Shown: in pieces, positions 29,401 through 36,216 of the stretch
Numbering within the stretch: the first letter of the stretch is position 1
Layout of the letters: each line of letters opens with the position of its first letter
DNA from: Trichomonas gallinae
Taxonomy: Eukaryota
NCBI GenBank assembly: GCA_008369845.1
Contig: MRSU01010800.1
Coordinates: 1 to 36,216 of the forward strand
Length of the DNA: 36,216 nucleotides
Direction of reading: 5' to 3'
The notes under the pieces: model-generated
Seen by the model: the letters and a program-made list of their open reading frames with translations, nothing else
The model's database searches: none
What the model was told of the DNA's origin: nothing
Position numbers and translations under genes: made by a program

Positions 29401-31033
29401 TATAGAACTGATTAAAGGCTGTTTTGATCTTATATTTCGTGCATAACTTGAATAAGAAAAATCTTCCGCCATAAGTTAAACGAAGAAGATTGTTCAAACA
29501 TAATTGGATGATTTGAGTAGTGTATTGGTGTTCAATGTAGCATAAATAAAAGAGTGTGGACTCCAAAAATCTTGATGCGAAAATATCTTGTTTTTGATCT
29601 GTTTGTTTTTCACCTTTCTTCAAGAGATCAAATAATAAGTCAACAAATGATCCACAAACTGATGCAAAATCGTATTCTGCCATGCATCCAGCGATAATCA
29701 TAAGTGGACTTGTTAATTTTGTGTGTTTGACAATTGTTGATTGGAATTTGATGAATTTCTTGATAAGAGAGGAAACTTTCTGAGCTGCATTTTCTCTGTC
29801 TTCGATGCAAGATAAAATAATTGCAACTAATTCAGCCATATTGTTGTATTGGATTGCAAGGTTGTCACCAACTGATGGTGGAGCAGACAAAAATTGAGCG
29901 CCGGCTTGCAAATTTTCGAGTGCAATTTCTGGATATTTTCTTGCAAGCGAAACAAAGAAAGAACAAGCAGATTTCCTTTCTTCTATGTTTGTAGATAGCA
30001 ACATTGAAACACCAACGCCAGCAGTTTCACGTGTTGAGTCTTCATCAAATGATGCAGCTTTCAAATAAGTAATATTTGGAGCAGCATGCTGCATGAGTGT
30101 CCTAAAAAGCTCTGATCTCACATCTTTGCCGAAAAATTCGTTAATTTTAGCCATTGACTGTGGATTAACTGATAACGCGTATTCGAAAAGGGTTTGAGAG
30201 TTGTTGTAGACAAAACTTGGCTCCAAAAGATCTAAGAAGTACTTGAAAACACTTTCAAACTGCTCTCTAAATTCTGTGAGAAAATCAAAAGTTTCTTTCC
30301 AAATCTTTTGCTGTACTTTCTTATCTATAGCTTTTGAGACAGGTGCAAGTATTCTTTGGGCTGCAGCACCAGCTGCTGATGCAGCAACTTCAATAACAAA
30401 CGTAGATCTGGCTGCAGCAATCGATTTAAGAAGAACTTTGCTAATTTTATGTGTATTGACACCTTCATAGACAACTATTGCCTTGATAAGCTGATTCGCT
30501 AGTAATTGAGACGATTCATCCTTTTCTTCTACGAGATTTGATGCGAATTTGAAAATTTTGTCAGCAATTTTGGAAACAGACTCTGGACATACATCTATGA
30601 TGCATTTAAGTGCGTAGCATGCAGCAATTTGACATTTTTGTGGTAAATTTATCATTTTCTCTGCGATTGTTGGCAAGTTTGCTTTATTTTTGATTCCAGC
30701 ACGTTCGACTACTCTTCCTATTGCAAATACTACCGGCTGATTTGGCTTTGAATCCAATTTTTGCGCTAAATTCCAAAACTTGTGATTTTTAGAGCGATCA
30801 TATATTTCTGCGAGGTTATTTCCTATATTTATAGCACATCTAGCTGATAAATCGCCTCCGTTTGCGAACAAAAGCTTCAATAAAAGCTTTTCATATGATT
30901 CTGCGACATTATCAGACAAATTCGACGACAAATTATCTTGAAAACGAATGAGCAGCGCATCTATCGTCTTACTCGACTCGAGAAGCTTCTTGGAATTGAT
31001 CACATCTTCTAGTTCCTTGATGACCTTCTCCAT
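26468..31033 (-). CDS. Large HEAT-repeat protein, HEATR5/Laa1/SWEETIE-like (AP-1 accessory factor)
   Basis: All-helical ~1521-aa ORF. PNTRVKACA…CLDDMM…SILELYESQFSIACKHAF resembles HEATR5 PRWxTRxFA…LxDLI…ILEQYQANVGAALRPAF. The acidic tail is ENEWQDIDDSSDFD. First ATG is at 31033. Confidence 0.7.
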   Translation of the reverse strand: MEKVIKELEDVINSKKLLESSKTIDALLIRFQDNLSSNLSDNVAESYEKLLLKLLFANGGDLSARCAINIGNNLAEIYDRSKNHKFWNLAQKLDSKPNQPVVFAIGRVVERAGIKNKANLPTIAEKMINLPQKCQIAACYALKCIIDVCPESVSKIADKIFKFASNLVEEKDESSQLLANQLIKAIVVYEGVNTHKISKVLLKSIAAARSTFVIEVAASAAGAAAQRILAPVSKAIDKKVQQKIWKETFDFLTEFREQFESVFKYFLDLLEPSFVYNNSQTLFEYALSVNPQSMAKINEFFGKDVRSELFRTLMQHAAPNITYLKAASFDEDSTRETAGVGVSMLLSTNIEERKSACSFFVSLARKYPEIALENLQAGAQFLSAPPSVGDNLAIQYNNMAELVAIILSCIEDRENAAQKVSSLIKKFIKFQSTIVKHTKLTSPLMIIAGCMAEYDFASVCGSFVDLLFDLLKKGEKQTDQKQDIFASRFLESTLFYLCYIEHQYTTQIIQLCLNNLLRLTYGGRFFLFKLCTKYKIKTAFNQFYKLINPNCITRPFALYLMQPMITPKDYFTPRKGIPPNIGSLLFVPDEITFGQAVIMTMPEMFENIKEEDRKLKLQQLMEEKVKLPIYAIILQLYKICPTAIPDDFHHAMLRELFQKHITVEESQILSECMAFHINQYNDSFKDIQSYIEKQRTFSTCFLVASISRHVTMSDSVITLCLYSMQVAMKEPTLFTYALHALCEIYETMSQQLASMMVGDAQCQIILKCMYQMPTNDPHSLMLIERCVERLIPILLPFLSNESTFDLLLLVIQCFRNTPVPYASEFFHLVLRAALAFSPRLLQKFTLSFPPMNSTCELKLSVCGAMADASQIVPLSDANFDLVPSILILLQRTKDQRAAQFIVALAKSTADHRMPDWLTLSKTLLSSNKMPGFGSANVQPNTRVKACALDFTRVLLPVLSKQTLLKTDCLDDMMTSTIRAVETQKKELHETAYKMLADVITNFSSRQVQGTSILELYESQFSIACKHAFPSSLDLAANFVVIFLQFLFESNGKNSKAEILRQVVAGLEKCSKSSFGYLDIASKVVEICSTRPEYVKEFSKFFQSISEHFKEMLTECVKIRTVKNCPWEQQSRFRAQYSHFYSRFLLSCVWLRSYSPQVIDSETLAAFLSLETMTASESWRATAGVAASTALLENYKQDISKDMLAQLIHTVCDAVSRSSTLMKPVISSFIIAACKSNGAKDNALGLLNSVIREKCGALALSSVLMLKSVEVLKYANQIASYIVTMLNNNEFKCDEAICAATILMSKLDDEDLFSDIMAEFLLAQDTKFGVIICRRGLTKFPGCAAASSVARLCKRAILSGGLDLIAYLLARNDPIAMDVLSRGVLSSAVAILDKVGPISATNIIDFVTFSINKIFYDNTFDCTAIVNGILDAVRKWGPSKTYGLKVTAAFARMIMMINDNITADNIDEDKMRIAISVLKRHELQASKPSTETISLKMLSTNTKRNDDNENEWQDIDDSSDFD

Positions 31034-32103
31034 CGTCAAAAAATAAATTTAATCAAAATTTTACTTTATTTGGGCTCTTCAATGGGTATAGATAAGAATT
31101 ATTTTGGTTTGGCGGCGTTATTTTTTCAATTGACCAAATTCTAAGAATATTGAATTGACATCGTCAAAATTTTATATATAACTAGATAATTATTTATTTA
31201 GTGATTTTCATTTTTCTTTACTTCATTGATTTGAATTGATAATAATCGACTTCATCAGATTTTTTATTTTTCCATAATTACGGGCGTGTTAGTATTTTAT
31301 TAAATAATTTATAGGAATTATTTATGCTATGCTTATTTTTGAATCAATTTTTTTTTTGAATTGAAAATAATCGTGAGTTAATTCTATTTAATAGTATTCT
31401 TAATACTAATTATAATTTTATTAATTTGTAATTTCATAGCGGATCATGTTTTGAATCGAAAATAATCGTATAATATTGAAAATTTTTGTTCGTCTTTGAT
31501 ATCTTCTCCATTTTTAATATGTCAACTAGAAAGCGAGTTAAAACGCAAATTTGAATAATAAGGTTATTGATTGCCATACAATAAGGTTAAATCACCAAAA
31601 TTGACGATGTTATCAGCTCTTTACTTTCGAACATCAAATAGCATAAGCATAAGACAACATATATCGAAACACAATATTAATAGCTCTCTAATACTTGACA
31701 ATAAAGTTGCATTTTGGATATCGACACATTTCAACAAGAAAGTGATAAAATGGAACAAATCTTTGAAGATTCAAAATTAGCTTATCCAATAATTAGATGA
31801 GTGTGAAACTGTTACCTATCATTGAGTATCTAATAGGGATTATATAAATATAGTCAAACATGCAATAATTACTTTTGACGAAAAGTTATCAAAGAAAAGA
31901 AATGTTTTGCATTTTTAAAAAAATGTCACTTTTTGGTATAAGTTTTATTTTGTCAGTTTTTCAAAAAAAAAAAATTCAAGTTTATGCAAAACAATAGCTT
32001 TGAAGCGACTTGTTGCTCAATTTTATCAGTGAGGAATTGCCAGACTGAGTGTGTAGATGCTATATATGAGAATTTTGGAGGAAAATTTTCGAAGTGAAAT
32101 TAA

Positions 32104-32111
32104 AACCGTTG
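32104..32111 (+). promoter_or_regulatory. M3-like (Myb-type) core promoter element AACCGTTG
   Basis: Matches the Trichomonas M3 consensus DRCSGYTD (recalled from the literature), 16-23 nt upstream of the SNARE ATG. A similar AACGGTTT lies just upstream of the ankyrin pseudogene ATG (18452-18459, - strand). Confidence 0.45.
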
Positions 32112-32126
32112 TCAGAAAAGTAAAAC

Positions 32127-32744
32127 ATGAATTATGATGAAATGGTCGCACAAATCGATTCACACAAGGATGTTATCCAGCAAAAGTTAGACCGCCTCAA
32201 GGCAGCACCGCCAAATTCAAAGAGCGGCCTCGTTTCAGAATTAAATGGTGATCTTGAAAACTTCAGAAACGAAATCAAACAGTTAAATAACAAATTACAG
32301 AGAGCACCACAGTCCGATAGACAGTTTTATGCTGAGGATGTTCAAAATTTCCAAAATGCAGAACAAAGATTTACAGATGAAGTCAAGCGCGAAGCAGTCA
32401 TTGGTGAGACAGAGAGACGCAATCAAGAGCAGTTGCAGACTAACGCTCAGAAATCAGCTGAAGCAGTTGATAATCTCGATGAAGCTATCAGACTTGGTAA
32501 TAAAACAAATAATACTTTGGCTGCTACACAAGCAACACTCGCTGACGACAGAAAGAGACTTGAACACATCGATCAAAATGTTGATAAGATTGATCAAGAA
32601 GCAGAAAAAGGAAATTCAACTGCAAAAGATATGCTTAAGCGTCAGTGCTTCAATGGATGCATCATGTGGACAATTGTTGTTCTTCTCGGTCTTATTTTCA
32701 TTATTTCTATTATCGTCAAAGCTGCTACAAAGAAAAAGAAATAG
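32127..32744 (+). CDS. Qb-SNARE, Vti1-like, tail-anchored
   Basis: N-terminal helical bundle, SNARE heptad motif (LDEAIRLGNKTNNTLAATQATLADDRKRLEHIDQNVDKIDQEAEKGNSTAKDMLKR) and C-terminal TM (IMWTIVVLLGLIFIISIIV) followed by a basic tail. Confidence 0.85.
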   Translation: MNYDEMVAQIDSHKDVIQQKLDRLKAAPPNSKSGLVSELNGDLENFRNEIKQLNNKLQRAPQSDRQFYAEDVQNFQNAEQRFTDEVKREAVIGETERRNQEQLQTNAQKSAEAVDNLDEAIRLGNKTNNTLAATQATLADDRKRLEHIDQNVDKIDQEAEKGNSTAKDMLKRQCFNGCIMWTIVVLLGLIFIISIIVKAATKKKK

Positions 32745-33128
32745 AAATTTTATCTTTATTCATCCTTTGTTTCGTCTAAACATTTCTTTAATTCGAAATT
32801 TACCATTAATCAAAATTAATTAATATTTTAAGCTTATCAGTGATATTCTTTTAATATATGATCAAGAACAATAGTTTTAATATTCAAGCAACTAAAATAT
32901 ATTTTTATCCATAATATTTTCAGGTTGATTTGATATTTTAAGGATACAAGTTAGATAATTGACTAGATAAATAGCTGGAAATTAATATAATAATTATTTT
33001 AATATACAAACAAGTAAAATAAAAATCAATTAAAATTATTGAATTATTTTGGCTAATTCTAAAGAGATTATGCCAAAATCAATGAACCACAAAACATATA
33101 ATTATGAGTAAATCATTGAATAATAAAA

Positions 33129-36047
33129 TTATAATCTGATCATTGGTGGTTTTGGAACTAAAACCTTTGGTTTCAAGTTATCCATCATCGATCTGGAGAC
33201 CTTGGCCCTTTTGACACCTTTAAATAAAGTTCCAACTTTTTTGTCAGATTCTTCCAACTGTTCAGCAGCAATTCCCAATCTATTGTACAGCGCATCTCTC
33301 TGCTGCAGCAAGAGTTTAATGCTGGCCTTCTTTTGGACGCATTGTGGACATTCCATTGTCTCTAAATCTGATATTTCTCTGTCCAGTTGTTCAGATTCCT
33401 TCATTATTCTTTCTTTTTCTTCTTCCATGTCGAGCATCAGTTTTGCGTGTTGATCTATGAACTGGGAGCGTTGTACTCTCTGCTGCATCTCTATTTCATC
33501 CATCTTCTTCTGGTGCTCTCTAAATTTCTCGTCGAAGTCAGCGTCCATCCTTGATATAACTTTTTCGTAGTTTTTGTAGAAAATCTTCTTTCTGTCTTTG
33601 AATTCTGTTCTTATAACTTTCTCGACTTGTGCGAAAATTTCTTTGCGCTCGTTCATCAGCATCTTTGAGATTTTCTCTGTGTTTATTTTTTCTGCTTCGA
33701 TTAATTTTGATATTTCGAACATTTTCTCGTGTATTTCATCAGTGACACTCTTAACTCTATCTGCAAAATCATCAGGTTGAGCTTTTATTGTCTCCAAATT
33801 GGTTTGGTAGTTTTTCTCTGTTTGCTCTCTAAACTTTTCTTCTTCTTCAGGAATCTTTTGCTCGAATTCAACAGCTTCTATTTCCTTTCTGTCGGCTATT
33901 TGCGTCAACTCTTCGATCTTTTCTTCCTGGTTCGCTATGCTGTCCTGTAAATGCTGCGATTTACTGTCCATGACGCGAGATTGGCTGTCGTATGTAGTTT
34001 TTTGGGCCAAAAATTTCGATTTGATCTGGAACATTTTTGTTTCGAAATCTTCTCTCATTGCTGCAAAATTCCTGTTGATTTCATCGACTTCAGAAAGAAT
34101 TCTCGCTTTAGTTCTGTTGATCTCGCCTGTTTCTTGCATTAATTTATTTGATAATGATTTAATTTCGTCGATTTCTGCTTCACCTTTTTTCTTCATTTCT
34201 TCTTGTTTCTGTTTTAATTCGTTCTGCAGTTTTTGCTCAGCACTTTCCTCTTCTTCCGCATTTGGTTCTTCAGCAGTTGTTCGCTCAGTTGGCATTGACT
34301 GGACTGACTCTGTTTCAACTTTGTCACTTCTTGATGATTTTTGGAGTTCTTCTATTCTTTGTCCATGTACCGAATATAAACCTTCGAATTTCATGTTCAA
34401 TAATTCAATTCTACTCTGCAATTCGACAATTCTCGCCTTGAGTGAGACAATCGCTATGTTGTGACGCTGATTTTCGGCTTCAATGGCTGAAGCAAGAAGA
34501 TTTTCTCTGTCGATTTTCGCTTGTTGTTCGAGCTTGAATATCAGCTGATTTTTTCTCTGCTCATGCTCTTGTTTGAGCCTTGCTAGTTCATCGGCTCTCA
34601 TCTTATCGTGAGCTTCAACCGATACTCTATGCAATTCAGTCAAATATTTCTGTTGTTCATCAAATTTCTGCATAATTTTATTAATTTCATCATTGTGCTT
34701 CCTATCCGCTTCATCTGCAGCCTGGAGAACTTTACCAACTTCTAATTGCAAGGATTTCGTTAATTCATCCAAATCTACGCGTTTTTCTTCTTTGAGATTA
34801 TTTAATTCGTCTTTTAATTCTTTGACTGCCATCTTCTCTCTTTCTCTTTCATCTTGGTAGTGGCTCATTGCTATGGCTATAGACTTTTCGCTCTCTTCGT
34901 TCGATTGAAGGATTTGTTGTCTTAAAATTTCGAGTTCTTTGCCTCTTTGATTCTGTGTATCTTCTATTATCTTCCTGAGGGACTCAACGCGTGGCCTGTA
35001 GTTAATCTCTATTTGTACACGTGCTGCTGTGATTAATTCTTCTGTTTCATTTTGTTCTTTCTCGATTTTCTTTTTTGCTTCGCGTTCTGCTTTTTTGAGC
35101 TCTGTGACTGCTTGTGTATGCTCGGATTCGATCAAAGAATTCTTAGCTGCTAAGTTTGTTGTCAATGTCTGCCAAGTTTGCTGTAATTCGCTAAGAACTT
35201 TATTATGTTTTTCAACGACAATATTTCTTTCATTCATCATTGCGCGCTCGAGTGCTTGTATCTTGTCTTGCGCTGTTTGACTTTCATTTTCGATTGATTT
35301 TTCGATTCTAGCTAATTCTTGTGTAAATCTTTTAATTTTATCATCTGCTTCGTTTTTTCTTGTATGATATTCGCGTGAAATCTGTTCGTGTTCGGTAGCC
35401 ATTCTTCTGTCTTCTTCAGCGAAAGCATCAGCTTTGAGGGTATTTTGCTGATGTTTTTGGTGAATCATTGATTGCAGGTCTCTTTGCATAGAGTTGATCT
35501 GGCTGTTCAAAATTTCGATTTTTCCTGTGTTTTCGGCCGATACGTCAGCTAATCTTGCGGCTAAGTCTTTTTCATACTTCGCGTACATATCTTTCTCTTT
35601 TTGCACGAGTATACCCTTCTGAGCGTTGAATTCATTCTCATTTTCTTGCATAATTGCGTTATAATGTTTCGTTAATTTACCAATTTCAGCGAGTTTAAAC
35701 AATTCACCGCTTTTCAATATTTTCTGTATGGACTGATCATCTTCGTGTATTGATTTTTGTATGTTGTCGATCTTTATTGAAAGATTTTCAATTTCTTTAT
35801 CTGCTTTAATAATGAAATCTCTCTCTTTTTGTGATAAAATCTTATCGAACTCGACTTCCTGTTCTTCCTGGCTCATCTTATAACTACCATTGTCAGGTAG
35901 TAATCCACGTAATAATTTGTTAGCTTCTTCAAAAACAGATGGAATGTCGCTGTCTATGCTGTAGTGTTTGAGTGTGTCTACCATCTGCGTAATTTCAGAC
36001 ATCTTTACATTTAAAATTTCGCAGGAAGTCAGAGAATTTTCATCCAT
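33129..36047 (-). CDS. 972-aa long coiled-coil protein of unknown function
   Basis: Uninterrupted ORF rich in E/K/Q/R heptads, with a single CPQC near the C-terminus. Inr-like TCACT on the - strand at 36091-36095. Confidence 0.85.
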   Translation of the reverse strand: MDENSLTSCEILNVKMSEITQMVDTLKHYSIDSDIPSVFEEANKLLRGLLPDNGSYKMSQEEQEVEFDKILSQKERDFIIKADKEIENLSIKIDNIQKSIHEDDQSIQKILKSGELFKLAEIGKLTKHYNAIMQENENEFNAQKGILVQKEKDMYAKYEKDLAARLADVSAENTGKIEILNSQINSMQRDLQSMIHQKHQQNTLKADAFAEEDRRMATEHEQISREYHTRKNEADDKIKRFTQELARIEKSIENESQTAQDKIQALERAMMNERNIVVEKHNKVLSELQQTWQTLTTNLAAKNSLIESEHTQAVTELKKAEREAKKKIEKEQNETEELITAARVQIEINYRPRVESLRKIIEDTQNQRGKELEILRQQILQSNEESEKSIAIAMSHYQDEREREKMAVKELKDELNNLKEEKRVDLDELTKSLQLEVGKVLQAADEADRKHNDEINKIMQKFDEQQKYLTELHRVSVEAHDKMRADELARLKQEHEQRKNQLIFKLEQQAKIDRENLLASAIEAENQRHNIAIVSLKARIVELQSRIELLNMKFEGLYSVHGQRIEELQKSSRSDKVETESVQSMPTERTTAEEPNAEEEESAEQKLQNELKQKQEEMKKKGEAEIDEIKSLSNKLMQETGEINRTKARILSEVDEINRNFAAMREDFETKMFQIKSKFLAQKTTYDSQSRVMDSKSQHLQDSIANQEEKIEELTQIADRKEIEAVEFEQKIPEEEEKFREQTEKNYQTNLETIKAQPDDFADRVKSVTDEIHEKMFEISKLIEAEKINTEKISKMLMNERKEIFAQVEKVIRTEFKDRKKIFYKNYEKVISRMDADFDEKFREHQKKMDEIEMQQRVQRSQFIDQHAKLMLDMEEEKERIMKESEQLDREISDLETMECPQCVQKKASIKLLLQQRDALYNRLGIAAEQLEESDKKVGTLFKGVKRAKVSRSMMDNLKPKVLVPKPPMIRL

Positions 36048-36137
36048 TGAAATTTTTTTTTGAGAAAAAAAACGAGAAAATTTTACAAAGAGTGAAAATT
36101 TTTATTAGATATATATAATTTACATAATTAACGTGTA

Positions 36138-36211
36138 GCTTTCCTAGCTCAACAGGATAGAGCTTTGGACTTTTAATCCAAGGGTTTGGGGTTCGAGTCC
36201 CCAGGATAGCG
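36138..36211 (+). tRNA. tRNA-Lys, anticodon UUU
   Basis: Cloverleaf: acceptor GCTTTCC/GGATAGC (one T-T mismatch), D arm GCTC/GAGC, anticodon arm TTGGA-CTTTTAA-TCCAA (TTT at 36172-36174), T arm TGGGG-TTCGAGT-CCCCA, discriminator G. No intron and no encoded CCA. Confidence 0.95.
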
Positions 36212-36216
36212 TTTTT
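36212..36216 (+). terminator. RNA polymerase III oligo(dT) terminator
   Basis: TTTTT directly after the tRNA discriminator base; the run reaches the window end. Confidence 0.75.

Noticed and set aside
31571..31800. 69-aa TTG-initiated ORF and a protein-like alternate frame (LDIDTFQQESDKMEQIFEDSK)
   Set aside because: Too short, with no clear start or homology cue. I cannot distinguish it from chance.
31995..32080. U4 snRNA identity for the GC island (AGCTTTG start, Sm-like site)
   Set aside because: Complementarity to canonical U6 stem II breaks after about 7 nt. Kept only as an unassigned candidate RNA.
32329..32823. 164-aa alternate-frame ORF overlapping the SNARE gene
   Set aside because: Shadow of the SNARE coding frame, with low-information basic composition and no domain.
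1..36216. Maverick/Polinton, mariner or other mobile elements; CRISPR-like arrays; rRNA
   Set aside because: I saw no transposase, integrase or polB ORFs, long terminal inverted repeats, regularly spaced repeat-spacer arrays or rRNA motifs.

Overview
AT-rich, gene-dense, apparently intron-free eukaryotic DNA in the standard genetic code. Gene families, short intergenic spacers and Inr/M2/M3-like promoter motifs suggest the parabasalid Trichomonas vaginalis or a close relative (inference). The window holds 13 intact single-exon CDS: a USP-like giant protein, Dopey, a CHD/SNF2-like FYR protein, SPATA17-like, NAF1, a consortin-N-like membrane protein, a Cyc8/Ssn6-like TPR protein, a CCZ1-like longin protein, a PP2A B'' subunit, a CAMK-group kinase, HEATR5/Laa1-like, a Vti1-like Qb-SNARE and a long coiled-coil protein. 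It also holds a doubly frameshifted ankyrin pseudogene, probable older gene relics and a tRNA-Lys(UUU) at the right edge. I saw no transposon, CRISPR array or rRNA. The most notable points are two apparent pseudoenzymes (USP and SNF2 folds lacking catalytic residues), a consortin-like motif in a protist protein, five Golgi/endosome trafficking genes within about 27 kb, and several recurring intergenic DNA motifs. All family calls are motif recognition by eye, not database searches. I cannot establish a wholly new biological system from this window.
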